Shown here piece after piece: positions 27,480-41,113 of a stretch of 64,000 bases of DNA (position 1 is the first letter of the stretch; each line of letters opens with the position of its first letter). The notes under the pieces were generated by a model. That model searched no databases and was not told the DNA's origin. It saw only the letters and a program-made list of their open reading frames with translations. A program made the translations under genes and the position numbers. This DNA is from Vicugna vicugna (Eukaryota), in assembly GCA_013265495.1 (NCBI GenBank), contig MU058463.1, forward strand, positions 4,052,244 to 4,116,243. The letters are read 5' to 3'.

Positions 27480-28760
27480 AGACTTGTCAGGTGGCTTGAA
27501 TAGGGGCAGAGGAACTTAGAAGTAGAAATGAAGAGTAGTGCATGGATTTGGGATATATTTAGAAGGTAAAGCCAACAGCCTGCAGCTAGAATGGAAATAG
27601 GAGGTGAAGGAAAGAGAAGATCCAAGAATGAAGATAGGGTTTTTTTTTGGCTTCAGCAGCAGTATAGATTATCTAGCAGCAGAGGGGATGGCCAACTTTG
27701 ATGTGAAGACCCAGTCAGGCCTGTTTTTGTAAATAAAATTATATTGGAACACAGCCTTGCTCATAATCTTATATTATCTATGGCTGCTTTCACAACTACA
27801 GTGGTAGAGTTAAGTAGTTGTGACAAAGACTGGCACAATAGACTGATGTATCATTATGGAAAAGGTTACTGATTCCTGGTATCATGATTTTTATGAGGAT
27901 CAAAAAGTCTGAAAAAGGAGCAAGTTCTTTGTTTTTGTTTTTTGTTTTGTTGGGTGCTGGGGTGAGGGGAAGATAATAATTCTTCTTTAGATATATTAAA
28001 GTTGAGATGCCTAGATGCCTCTTAGTTATCCAAGTGGGGATATTTCCAGGGCAACTGGAAATACTAGTTTGAAATTCAGAGGAGATATAAATTTTTGAGT
28101 CATCTTTATAGAGATGGTATTTAAAACTGAGGAAGAGATGAATAATCAACTGAAGAGATGATGTGGAAAGAAAAAAAAAGAAGGCCTAGACCCAAATGCT
28201 GGGGCATTCTGTAAGTTGGTGGTCAGCCAGGGGAGAGCCAACAAAGCACTAAGAGAAAAACCAGGAGAATGTTGCAGAAGAGAAAACAAGGTTTTTCCAG
28301 AAAGTAGGAGTTGTCAGTTATCAAATACTACTGAGAGATTGCTGAGAAGAAACAACCATTGAATTTGGGGACATGATGGTCATTGGTGACTGTGATGTAA
28401 GCAATTGCAATGAAATTTGAGAGCAAAAGCCTAGTGGAGATTAGCTGTAGAAGAGAATTGAAAATGAAGTGGAGAGTGATTGTAGACAATCCTTTAGGTA
28501 AGTTTTACTGTAAATGAGAAAAGAGACATTGAGACCTTACTAGAGAAGGCTGTAATATCAGAGGGGAGGTATTTAAGATGGGAGATTCTCAAGTTTGTTT
28601 GTATAGAAATGAAATAGAAATTGAAATGATCCAGTAAATTGGGAGACACTGAGGATGAATGAGAAGAAAGCAAGGTAACTGCAGCACAGAAGTGTTGAAG
28701 AAATGAGATTCACAGCACATGTAGAAGGGCTGGCTTTGGACAAGACCCAGGACACTCCTT
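27480..28760 (-). mobile_element. L2 LINE (RT-domain remnant) with an inserted MER58 element
   Basis: minus-strand translation FKYHLYKDDSKIYISSEFQTSISSC…TWIT is a degenerate L2 RT YADD region. Confidence 0.75.
27682..27878. mobile_element. MER58-type hAT-Charlie MITE
   Basis: aggggatggccaact…ctgtttttgtaaataaaattatattggaacacagcc…atggctgctttcacaactacagtggtagagttaagtagttgtgaca…ctgattcctg. Confidence 0.75.
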
Positions 28761-29070
28761 CCATTGTAACAGGAGGTAGAGGAAAGTGGTTTACTAATCT
28801 AAGGTAGTATCTGATTGGTTCTGTTTTTCACTGAAGAAAGTGATGAAGTCATGATCAGCTGAGAGTGAAGAAGTTTTGAAGTGAGGAAAAAAAAATGAAA
28901 TTCAGTCATTTTGGAGAGTAGAAAAACAAACATACTGTGCCAGGGCAGTAGGATTGCCCTTCATTGTGATAATGCAATAAGGAATTTAATGTTTGCTGAT
29001 ACATCTTAGTGATGATGTCAGCCGTTTAACCAGAAGTAAATTTTCCACTATTCATCTTATTTCCTCTCAG

Positions 29071-29186
29071 ACCCAGTGAGAATATGCTGATTCGTGTCAA
29101 TAATGATGGCACTTATTGTGCAAATTGGACACCGGGCGCTATTGGACTCTACACTATTCATGTGACCATCGATGGCATTGAAATAG
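29071..29186 (+). CDS. MYCBP2: MYCBP2 exon (PSENMLIRVNNDGTYCANWTPGAIGLYTIHVTIDGIEI), C-terminal half of filamin-type repeat
   Basis: ctctcag|ACC acceptor; ATAG|gtactt donor; 116 nt, phase 2-1; NNDGTY…P…G.Y.I.V is the filamin repeat signature. Confidence 0.95.
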
Positions 29187-30309
29187 GTACTTTTTTAAAG
29201 TTACTAGCTACTTAGTGCAAAGAACTAGAATCAAAATCATCTTTCTGTTCTAGTTTGCACTTTAACATGCATCACAGACATGGACAGGTACCATAACTTT
29301 TAGGGGGCTTCATTTCCTCCTTTATAATGAGTACTTAATTTATGCATTCATAAGATTTTAAAATTGTGTAGTAATTTATGTGTCATTGTAGCCCTCAGGA
29401 CTCCTTCCCTGCACTTCCTAACGTGACTGGTCAGGTGCACTCTCCTCCGTGCTGCCCCATAACCACATGCAGGCCTTGTCTCCCCCTTGTGGTGTGTTCG
29501 TCTTCCTTTCCTGGCTGTGAGCAGAGACATCTCTTTCATCTTTGGATCTCCCTGTCTGGACAGTGCCTGGCACAGGATGGCTGCTCAATAAATATTTGTT
29601 AAAAGAATGAATTTTCTTTACCTACCACTAACTTTGAAAAGTATACTGCTTTTCCTTGAGCCTTAATCTCTTTCTCTGCTTTATTTGTGAACTATCCATA
29701 TAATAGGACAACAGTAGAATAAGAAAGCTCTTAGTGTTTCAGTGTTTCCCAGTATGAATTCCTTATAACACTATCTTTCCTAATGCTTCTTAAGCAAAAG
29801 GGTTCGTATGATCAGGCAGATTTAGAAAACCCACTATATTGTAGTCTCATCTTAGAAATTCATACAGATCACATTAACTTACTAGGGATTCTAAGAAGTC
29901 CTGAAATGAAGAATCCTCTAACCTTTTTAATCTTTGTCATGAGACCGTTGCATGTAGGGAAGAGGGAGACAGGGTAGAGAGAAAAGTAATACTGAATAAC
30001 ATTCTACCAGAATATCCTCTGGGAAAGTTTAAATAGTTTGTTTTCACAGTGAAGATGAAGAGGTACTTGACATTGATGTAACTGTATAGACTATGCATTA
30101 ATGTAACTATAGACTCAGATTTATCAGATACATCTATTCCATTCCAGGGACCTTTAGCCTTGGCTTTTGCTGCACTCTTTTATTTCAACATATTCATAAA
30201 GCCTTATATATTTGTGTATGTCTTTATTTGTATATGTATAAATATGTATATTTATATATGTTTATGCGTATCTTTTATATTTTATGTATGTCTTTAAAAT
30301 CATTTCATT

Positions 30310-30460
30310 CTCACAACAACAGCTCCTTGAGATAGGTACTATTCTCATTCCTGTTTTGTAGGTAAAAACATGAGGCACAGAGAGTCATACAGTCAGTGAC
30401 AGATGTGGGAACAACCAAGGCAGTCTCACATGAGAACCCCAGCTTTGAGCAGCAAGCTGT
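30310..30460 (-). mobile_element. MIR SINE
   Basis: ctcacaacaac…gagataggtactatt…tgaggcacagagag. Confidence 0.6.
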
Positions 30461-30823
30461 GCTGCTTTTCGTGGCAATGACTGGGATAGATGATGAGCAG
30501 TGCTCTGGTCTCATGTGTGAGATTACATTTAATCACACAAGGGTTTCTTTTTTATTATTTGGTTTTTTTCAGTATCATTTCGTATATTCCATATTTCCTT
30601 CTCTTTTCCTTGAACCCCTGAGATACCCATTGAGAATCTCAGGGTCATTTTTCAAATATTTCTCTTTTTTAGCTATTAAATATCAATCACCTTAAAAGGG
30701 AAGAATTCAGGTATTGGTTTCAATTGTTTAAAACAGCCTGTGAATGTATATAAAGTTAGGTTTAACTTTTATTCTCCCTCCCTTTTATTCTCAAATGTTA
30801 CAGTTCCCTTTCTTTCCTTACAG

Positions 30824-30921
30824 ATGCTGGACTAGAAGTAAAAGTAAAAGACCCGCCAAAAGGGATGATACCACCAGGAACTCAGCTGGTCAAACCAAAG
30901 ACTGAGCCTCAACCAAATAAG
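30824..30921 (+). CDS. MYCBP2: MYCBP2 exon (DAGLEVKVKDPPKGMIPPGTQLVKPKTEPQPNK)
   Basis: ccttacag|ATG acceptor; AAG|gttagg donor; 98 nt, phase 1-0. Confidence 0.94.
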
Positions 30922-31683
30922 GTTAGGGTAGAATGAAAACAGAGCATGAATTGGTTAGAGATTTGTTAAATTTTTTCATTGATACTTTAAGGTGGCCATC
31001 AAACATCTAGTATTTTACTTACATAAAGTAAAATATAAAATAAAAGTGAAATATAGTATTTGAACTCTAAATATTCCTAAATAAATTTGAAGAGTAGTTG
31101 ATGATAATTCTAATCATTTCTCAACTGTACAACCTGTGCTTTTTGGCTTCTTTGTATAATGTATAGTAATTTATAGGCCTTTCTTTGTACTTTTTGTTGT
31201 TGAAAGTTTATAGTTAGCAAAAGTCTACTGACATTAAGTGTATAAAATTTACAAAGTTAAAGTATTTTGTGTTGTAGAAATAAAAACTAATTTCCTAGCA
31301 TCTAAAGAGTAAGTACTATGGCAATTTTAGCACTACTTATTAAAAACGAAACATGGGTAATAGAATTTATATCATACCTTCCTAAAAGGAAAAAAAAGAC
31401 TTTTTTTCTCCTCTTTATCATATGTCTTCAAAATTTAGAAAATAAATTATGAGTATATATTAATAATTTTCTTTTTTATTTAATGATTTACATTTTCATA
31501 TTTTAAAATGTTCTATTGTTATAAATAACCACTGTTACTTGCACAGAGAAACCAGCTACAAATAATTTTGGAAACTTTCTCAGAATTACACTTTCAGATC
31601 TGTTTAAGTTTATCTCTTACCACGTATGAGGTCTCTGTTCCATGATTTTCTCTGTCTCATATGTCTGTCTTTGCCTTTCTCAG

Positions 31684-31800
31684 GTTCGAAAATTTGTGGC
31701 CAAGGACAGTGCAGGGCTCCGTATCCGCAGCCACCCTTCCCTTCAGAGTGAGCAGATAGGCATAGTGAAGGTCAATGGAACTATCACTTTCATTGATGAG
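31684..31800 (+). CDS. MYCBP2: MYCBP2 exon (VRKFVAKDSAGLRIRSHPSLQSEQIGIVKVNGTITFIDE)
   Basis: ttctcag|GTT acceptor; GAG|gtaatt donor; 117 nt, phase 0-0. Confidence 0.95.
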
Positions 31801-32528
31801 GTAATTTGTAAAGAAACACTTGGTAATAAATTTTGGACAGGAAGTTTTGCGTTGTTTGCACAATATAAGGTTACTGAGTTTTTTGTTAGAATATGTTTTA
31901 AGCATTTTGGGTAGTGTTTGGAAAATTGTTTTGCAGAATTTCAAAATTCTGTTCATGGTGTTTCAAACATTTCATTTATTTTTCTTTATCTATTAAAAAG
32001 TAACTAAAATGGTGTTTTTAACATGAAAGAAATTCAATTGACATAGTGGTCAGAACCTGTACAAGTACTCACTGAAAAATGTGTACAGTGTTTCTTGAAT
32101 TTTTAAAATGTTTGTTTTTTGAATGTGTTTGTTGTGTCGCTTTAACTTTGGACAGTACATTTTTCTAATAATACAGTCAGGTAACTTCTGATTATTAAAA
32201 TCTAAACTGAGGGAAAGGAAGACTTATGTTCTTTTGGGAAACATCTGATTTTATGCTTGAATTATTTATCTTAAAGTGTGATTTCTTTGTCCTTTTACTT
32301 CTAAGTGACCTTTGCTTTTTACAATCTCACCATGTGAATTATTGTATTACTTGGCATTCGTTGCTGCTTTTTTTCCTTAAAATTTCTCTCATGCTTAACC
32401 TTCTGCCAAACCAGATGCTTAATCTCCACATCCACCGTTATTTGCCTGCTCTGTAGCCTTTCAGACCTTGCTGCCCTCACAGGAGTTACAGGAGGGCATG
32501 GCTTGTTTCTGTTGCTTATTTCCCATAG

Positions 32529-32669
32529 ATCCACAATGATGACGGTGTGTGGCTGAGACTGAATGACGAGACGATAAAGAAGTATGTTCCTAACATGAAT
32601 GGTTACACTGAAGCCTGGTGCCTCTCTTTTAATCAGCATCTCGGCAAGAGTCTCCTGGTCCCTGTTGAT
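32529..32669 (+). CDS. MYCBP2: MYCBP2 exon (IHNDDGVWLRLNDETIKKYVPNMNGYTEAWCLSFNQHLGKSLLVPVD)
   Basis: cccatag|ATC acceptor; GAT|gtaagt donor; 141 nt, phase 0-0. Confidence 0.95.
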
Positions 32670-34419
32670 GTAAGTAAAAGGTGGTTTTAGAAACCATTAT
32701 AGGTATACCCTGTCCTCATTACAGGGCTTTCTTTAATTAAGGCTGCTCAGTTCTGAGGTAAACCGCAACTAAATAACTTTTATAATTGCTCGAATTCTGA
32801 GAGCTTCTGTGTGATAAAGGCAGAATTTGGCAAGGCTGAGGACTCTCATACTTCCTGTGACCCATCACAGGCAGGAGGTGATAAAGTGAGGCCCACTGAA
32901 TTCCTTTCAGAGAGGTAGGGAATGAGAGCGGTTACATTTTTTCCCCTTTCTTATTGACATTACTGTTTGGAATGAATTCCAAATTAAAATTTATAAATTT
33001 GGTTTTGCGATTCATTTCAGAAACACGTATAGCTTTTTTTTATGTTGACATCTTGTAGTTCTCTGTGTTTTGTCTACGTTTGAGTCTTTTCTTTCTCGGC
33101 GTATAATACTACTGTGTTAAAATAAGGTGGATTTTTAGACTTGCGGTGCTACAGTGTTCTAGTTGAAACTAAATCCTAGTGTCTGAGATAATTCATTGAG
33201 CCACTTTGACAGATGCGATAGAATACTTAGAGCCACTCTTCAGAAGTTTGCTGTATCACTAAATTTGATAGGAATCCACAGCTCTTTTTATAATTTAAAT
33301 AGAAAAGTATGATTTTTCTTCCTTTTCATCTCCATCAAATGTATGTATTCCTTATGACACTGCTAATAAATAGCACTGGTAAATTTTTATTTAAAAAAAA
33401 GCTTAGTATTTTAAGCAGTTGAATTTCTTAAAAATCAGTGTATAAAGCTAGCTCTTTATATCAAATCATTCAATATATTGTTTGTTTTTCTCCTTGATAG
33501 TCCAGAGTAATGTTCTCCAAAGGGGTGGTTATATAAGATGATTCTTTGGAAAAGAAAATAATAGAGCTTCTATTTAAATTTATCGGTCTCATTCTTTTTT
33601 ATTCCTTTGTATATGTTTTATAATAGTACAGTGGGGAGAGATCTATCTGTAAATATATTTCTTACTAATAGATGTGTGATAAAGTTTGGAGAGTGTTGGC
33701 CTACAGCTTTTTTTGCTTTTTTTTCATCTGTGACTAGAAAGTTGGCTTTAAATGACGTGAAACCATTTCTCATTATGGTAACCAAATCTTCCTTAGTATT
33801 AGGAAAATGATATTTTAAATGAGATAATTATAATAGCTATTTTATTTGTTTTGTCAATAGTTTACTTTTTAAATTTTGACTAATTTAGACCTTTGTTTAT
33901 TTGAAGGCCCTAATAAGGCATTACATTAGAATATATTATCTTTACTACCTCCCTGACTTCAAAATTTTCTTCCTAATTCCTTTGTTATTTCATTGAGGAG
34001 AAGCTTTTGGAAGGGAAGGTAAAACAGGAGAGTAAGCAGAGGTAGAAAAAAGAGCAAGAAGTGTGCTATGTGTCGAAGTTCTAGATCCCATGGCTTCATT
34101 TTGGAACATTGGTGTTCTGTTATTTGACACTTTTAAACTCTATCCAGGATACAGTTTTTGGTAGACAATCTTGAGGTCAGAGAGAGAAGACATAATAAAG
34201 GTGAGAGGGAATGCCAAATGGATGAGCCATACATATACTTGTTGATGGGGTTTCACTGGTATGTGAATGAGGAGATTGTCACTGATTTACTTGAAAAATC
34301 TAGATGCAGAATATTAGAGATAAAAAGTAAAATGAAGTGGCTTTTGATATTTTCTAACTTGTTATGTTAAAGAAGGACATGAGTTTTCTTTTAATGTAAG
34401 TAACTCAAAATGACTGATA

Positions 34420-35450
34420 TTAAGGCTGAGGTTTCTCTGGTTCCATTAGTTAAAGGATGGTAGTGACTTGAGATCCTTATAAATTAAATATGCCAGTAGA
34501 AAAGGGGGACATTGAAGATATAGGTAAGAAATCTGAAGACTGAAAAAGGAGGAGAAAGTGGAATTGAGGGCACATTTGGGGAGTTGTTTCTGTGAAGGAG
34601 GAGGGGGTATGTATGGTAGTGGATAAATTTTTAAGGATGGAAGGAAGAAGGGAAGAGTTTGAAGGAGACCATGATTTCCATAAAGTAGAAGAAAGGAAAG
34701 CCATCAATTGATACTAAAACAATTGAGTTAAACTAGAAGATACAGAAATGCTGGAAAGATTGGGAATAATCTTTGTGAGAAATAGAAGAGGAATCTGACC
34801 CCCCCCCCCAAAAAACCTACTTGTTTTGAGTTATCGGGCCACTAAGGAGCCAGTAAGACCACTGGATGGATCCATTCTGGATACCCCACCTCCCACATAG
34901 CCCTAAGTATCGAGAATTAAAGGAGCCAAGAAAGCAGATTACAGCATTGGCTGGGATTTCCTGGGCTGCTGTGACAGGAAAATAGGGACAATGGGAATTT
35001 CAGATGCTAATGAAAGGGCAATTGAGATCACCAGCTGTGGGATCCAGCCTAAGTTAGAAATGGAGTGTCCAAGGGATTTAGAGGACTTAATAAAATTCTA
35101 GAACAGTATTGTGAGTGCCCTATACTTAAAGAGCTGGAAGGATACAAGCAATTTGTGTGATAAAGTAGAATATTTGAATTTGATTTCATACTTAGAGCAT
35201 TTTATTGAATGAACTGGCCCATTACTGTGGCCATGAGAGGGTAGCTGAAGTGCATTGGAAGTAAAAGTCATTGGATCTGCCTGAGTCTTAAGAACTAAAA
35301 GGCTAGGCAGTTGGATGTTATCCGCATCAAATCCGCATTGACTTGACATACAGATGGTGGCAGCACTGTGACCCGCAAAGTTTGAAAGCGAGTTTGTTTA
35401 CCATTGGAGGAAGGGTCCGATTAGATACAGTACAAAGTCATGAGATGGAT
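34420..35450 (-). mobile_element. L2 LINE internal fragments
   Basis: purine-rich, gagtcttaagaactaaaaggctaggcagttggatg…; pattern typical of antisense L2; approximate. Confidence 0.45.
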
Positions 35451-36779
35451 GGAAAGAATTTGATGTTGGATCAAGAAGAAGCCTAGAGCAGTTTTGGTAT
35501 AAAAATTAGAGAACAGCCAGATGACATATATTTTATGTGGTGAACCAAGATGACAGAGGGGATGTGACAGCTAGCCTAGGGCTCCAAACAGACCTGGTAT
35601 AAAGTTGCTTCAGTGCAGGTGTTAGATGAAGACCCAGAGAGTCAGAGCCCGGCGTACGCAAGAGCAGGCTAGTTTTCTAAGGTTTTGATTTTAGGGACCA
35701 GGACAGGCCTCTTAGACAATCCCTGAGTTTTTAAGGAGTACCTTACTCTGCAGGACTAAACATGACAGGGCACAGAGGGCATAATGATTCCGTCTCATCC
35801 CCTCGAGGAATTAATGAATAATGCAGCTGAATAAGTGCATCTTGCTACTTCTTCCTTTGCATCTTTTACTTCATTTACTGCAGTGGAAACACTTAACACA
35901 TACTCTCCCTTTTTAATACTTCAGTCCAGTGGTGAATAAATCAACTATAAATTATGGCTGACCACTGTAAAACACTACTCAATTAAAAAAAAAAAGAAAA
36001 CTGGGAAATTGGAAATAAAATTAGAAATAATCAAGGACTGATACTACAGACTTAAAAAGATACAGAAGTACCAAAAAGTTGCCTTTGGCAATCTTTACAT
36101 CAGCCTCTTCTAGTTAAAACAATTTTGCATTCACATCAACGTGTGTACCATATTTGGAGCCTGACTCAAACTACTGGGGAGAACGGGGTTGAGGATTGGA
36201 AATTTAAAAACAGACTAAATATTTGATGAACTATGTTTTTAAAAAAGATTACCATAGATAATTATATTTAGAGTAAACTTTAATTAAGTGATTTTTGTTG
36301 CACCGTCTTGTTTATGTACTCCTATTGTAACTCTGGTTTTCATTGTAGATATGTACTTCAGCTAAATTTTGGCTTACCTAGCAATAGTTCTATTTAAACA
36401 TCATTACTTTACCAAGAAATAATGACATCCTAACTTAGTTCAAATGAGGCTTTCACTGTTTTAGCGCTTTAGTAGTGCTCTAGTTCGGAGTAAGTAGCAT
36501 TAGACATATATATTATGACTATGTCTTTTAAACAATATTTTTAAGTCAATGTGAAGACTAGGGATACATATGAAGATCCTTTTTTGTGAGGAGCTCATGG
36601 TCTTTTGGAACTTTTTGCCCCTTTTAGAGCACACTGTTTAATTTTTCATCTTATAGTCTTTATGTTGTTTAATTTGTCTAAAATGCTTTCGCTTCCCTTT
36701 TTTTCCTAATACTTTCCTAGTTACCAGGCTGAAAACTTTCTGTTGACATTTCTCATCCTTGTACTTCATAATAATGCTA

Positions 36780-37150
36780 TTATTAATTCATTCATTATTC
36801 ATTCAGCATATATTTGAGTACTTACTATGTACCAATACTAAGCTGGGAAGTAGGTGTTGGATAGAGAGGCAGGCGGCAGGGATACAAAATAATTAAGAGT
36901 GCAGTTCTTGCTCTCGGGGTACGCACTATATAATGTGAGGGACATATCATATTCAAATAGTTAAGTTGCATTGTGGTAAGCTATAGAGTGGCTTTACTTA
37001 GGAGGTGACGTTTGAGGAGGTCTTGAAGAAAAATTGCCAGGAAAAAGTGGAGGCATTTCTAGATAGAGAATCCAATGTACAAAGTGATGGAGGCATGCTA
37101 TATTTGGAAACATAAATATTGATAAGGGTGAGGTGATGTTTGAGGGTAGA
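36780..37150 (-). mobile_element. L2 3' end
   Basis: ttcattcattattcattcagcatatatttgagtacttactatgtacc…. Confidence 0.65.
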
Positions 37151-40100
37151 AGGCATGTAAGTACTGGGGAAATTAGCTTTCCCTCTCCCTTCTCTGGTAG
37201 CACTTTATCTGTAAAAGTGGAAAAGGCTTATTACTTCTTTCTCCAGCTACCCATAGTGTTTAGTTTGTTTTCTTTGCCTTTAGCCCGTTTGTAATTATAT
37301 ACCTCTTACTTCTGTTGTTATGCTTTTTAAGGATTAGGAGTCATTTAGGATCCCTTCTTACACATATTTGTTTCTTCCAAAGTGATATATATTATATTTT
37401 GCTCATGGTAGGCTTTCAGTTGAATTAATTATTCAGTACTAAATTTTAATCCTTGACATTTGGTATGATCATCCTGCTTAAAATAATTTCTAATCCATAC
37501 ATGCTTTTTAATTTAATTCTGTCATTTAATTCTGAGTGTGTTGCTACGATGTTAAGTATTTTATCATTTTCGGTTTTTCAATGACAGAAGAGAGCTACTC
37601 TCCTAAGATCATGGGTAGAAAGTAAGTAGTGGAGCTAGTTCTGGAACTCTGGTCGGTGTGATTCCAAGCCCATGCTTTTATGTTTAGTCTGCCTTAATCT
37701 AGTGGAAACATAAGGATAAGTATAGTTATAACAAGATAAATATAGCTATAAAATCATATTACTTTGTCTAGAACTCCAAAATTAAATAAATATGAATGTG
37801 CATAACTTTAATGGTTGAATAAGGATGAATACCATGATATATGTTGAAGGGTCAGTTTGAGAAGATATTCCTGGGGAAAGTTGATTTTAAACTAAAATTC
37901 TTAAGATTTGAAAACTACAAATGAGTAGAATGTTTCATACATCAGGGAAAATATAACTTAAAAAAGAAAGAGAAAATCAGTTAGGCACATGACATGGGAG
38001 ACATTTGACTGCTTTTAACAGAGCCTAAATTTTTTGAAAAACAAGTTTACTTCTAGAATAGGGGATATTAATGATTTAAACCTTATAAGCCCAATTCTTT
38101 GGAAACTTTGTCAAAAATGAGGTCTTTTAACATTATGAAGGAGGTTGAGTGGTAGAGAAAGTTTATATGAAGGGAAGTAGATGACACCTCATTAAAAGTA
38201 TTCAAAGACCTTTATAATTATTATCCAATCCTTACAGAAGCAACTTGAGTCTCTGAGCATCTCCATGCAGTTATACAAACCCCTTTCACCACTTAGGCTG
38301 ATTGGTATTCACATATGGAAAGTAGGTTGATTTTTTTCAAATTTTGGGGCTGTGAAGATTTGGAGGATAGGTGAAGGGAAAATATCATTTGGTTCTCTCT
38401 CTTACAGCATTATCCAGGGTAACTGGTAGAATTAGCAAATATTTCTTACATTTTATGTCCAGATCTATTCTTTTGGAATACCTAATGATGCCTGGTAGTC
38501 ACAGCTTTAATATACCCCAAATTTCTTGGTTTGGTTTTGTTAATGGATTTGTGCATATGTGCAAACTTACTTTTCAGTCTTAGTAAATAGTAAGTATTTA
38601 CTTAATACACCATTAGTAAATGTACTTAAATGGGCATCAAAACCTTCACTTCATACTTTAGTTTGGTGCTTAAGTTTCCTATACAGAATGGAATTGAGGC
38701 AATTAAAATAACACTAAAATTGTTTGTATATATGCTATGTTTAAATTCCCTGAGATATTTTATCTTTTTTACTTTAAAAATGGCAATTCTTAACTCCATG
38801 CTGACCTAGCACAATGAAACAATTACCACTTTTTTTTTCTTTTTGCATGAGCATTTGACATGTTTGGTCATGTATTTCACTGTGAAAATTATTCACTTAC
38901 TTGGTCTCTTCTATGCTTTGAATGAGTATCATCCTAGCATTGCAATTTGGTGCTCATTAATTTAGTTAAGTTTTTAGTAGGCTTTAATTTTCTGATTTTC
39001 TTGACAGAACTTTTTTGTCTTTAAATAGTCTTTTAGAATAAGATGATTTAGATTATTGTAGACATATGTATATTTGTGTATACATATATACATACCCATA
39101 TACACACATATATAATAGTACTCATATTAATAAAATTATATAATATGAAAGCCAATTTTTATTTTAATAGTGAGAAATTTAGACTTGAGAAATTGATATT
39201 TTCATGCATGTTCATATCTTTAGACTAAACTTTACTAAATTTTCAAAAGAAAACTATGTAAGTATATTTTATTTTTAAACTTCAGCTTTCTATTTTGATA
39301 CTTGATAAATGCAGTTTTATTAGGACATCACATATTGAAAATAATCTTATAGTAAATCAGCGTGAACTAAGAACTTTCTACAAATGCAGAACAAAAGCAA
39401 AAAAGTGTCAAATTTGAATCCGCATATAATTAATGTACAAAACAGATTTTATTGGCAGTTTATTACCATGATTAGCAGTTACATCAAGCTTTAAAGTATC
39501 ATTGCACACGTTAACTCATGTACTCAGACTCAGAACGCTTAAGTTTGCATATTGAATAAAAGGGAGATACAGGCTTTAAGTATTGTCAGTCAACACATTG
39601 CTTCTTTATTGCTAACTCATCTGCATTGCTTTTCAACATTGCTTTTAATATTAGAAAAATTTATGCTAAATAAATATGCTAAAAATTGAGAATTGCTTTA
39701 TGTCAAAAGGTCTGTAGCACTATTCTCTGTGGAGGAGAAAAACCATTGAGCAAATACTCCACAAATTCGTACATACAGGGATGAACCAGTAATGACAGCT
39801 TCCCCCTGGCCGTAGAAAATAGCATTTCAGCATGCTTTGCAGCATGTTTCCACTTCACCTAAAGAGAAAGTACCCTATCTGCTATGCATTTTTAAATGTC
39901 AAAGGGGCTTTGGTTTTCTATTTTTTGCTTTTTGTTTTGTTGTGCGTTTATTTGTAGGCACATTAAGAGGAACTCATTTTGGGGGGCTTTTATATGTCTA
40001 ATATTTCTGAATCATCATATATGTATGTATATGGGTGTGTGTCTTCACCTGTCCATACACATATATACATGAGGAAAATACAGAAGTAGAGAATGTTAAG

Positions 40101-41113
40101 TAAATTCTCGTTATCTAAAATGGCTTAGAAAGAGTTGATAATTGTGTCATTTCTTTTGTGCTGAAGTCTTGGATAATGACAGTTTTTATTAACATCTTGA
40201 ATGTCCTCTTTTTATGTATTTATATAGGCAGTAAAATTGTGTAATTACTACTCTCTGGAGAGATTTTAATTTCAGATCAAATAAATATATTCAATAGGAT
40301 GATTTATCTATGTAAATGTATATCATTTAAATTTTCATGAAGACATTTTGTGAAAATGTTATTTTTCTGGAACCATACCTCTGTGAGTTGGTTGGTCTTT
40401 AACAAAATGTTTCTAGACTATACATAGAGCTCCTCAGTGCCCTGTGCATTTCCTCAACTTTGAGATGGAGAAAACTAGGCATGCCTTTTGGCAGAAGTTC
40501 AGATTGTATGCTTTTCTCTATGCTTTTCTTAACAAATATGCTAACAGCTTTCAATAACATTTCCAAGTGATTTTCCCCCCACTTATAGAAGAGAGCAAAA
40601 TTGAAAAATGACTTAGTTTTTTTTTTTACTGTTTAATTTTTTTGTACTTTAAAAAGTGATAACTAGTTCACATATCTACATGCCATCATTATTCATGATG
40701 ATAGTTGCACGGTCTCTGCGATCTGTATGATTCACGTTTTCTTTATAGAACAGCAGACTGCTTTCTGTCATGAGACAACACTGGCTTCTATTGGAACAGA
40801 TACGTCATCATTTAAGGAGTTTTAAAGTTTCCTTCTTGCACTGTCTTAAGCTTTAATTCAATGTCTGGCTCTTAATTGTAGTAAAATGGCATGACACACT
40901 ATATCATGGAGAGCATTTGACAAAAACTTACATATCAGAATTTCTTTGGTGTGTGGTTTACTCAGCTGGCTTCAGTTTCCCTTTAGTAAACTGATATTTC
41001 GGTGCTGGTGCTAGAGTACAGAACAATGTTGTTACTGTGAACGCATCTTCTGCAGATGATATCCTGTTCCCTTTCTTTGTTGATATTTTTCTTTCTTAAA
41101 CTTTGTTGCTCAG

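Noticed and set aside
27796..28149. 117-aa minus-strand ORF with an RT-like YxDD motif
   Set aside because: Degenerate L2 reverse-transcriptase remnant running into MER58; not an intact gene
39720..39780. TGTGGAG…CTCCACA stem followed by ACA as an H/ACA snoRNA
   Set aside because: Only a 7-bp stem; no convincing two-hairpin H-box/ACA architecture
40749..40860. Possible exon after ttttctttatag| (NSRLLSVMRQHWLLLEQ…)
   Set aside because: Good acceptor but no convincing downstream donor; all frames stop within ~110 nt
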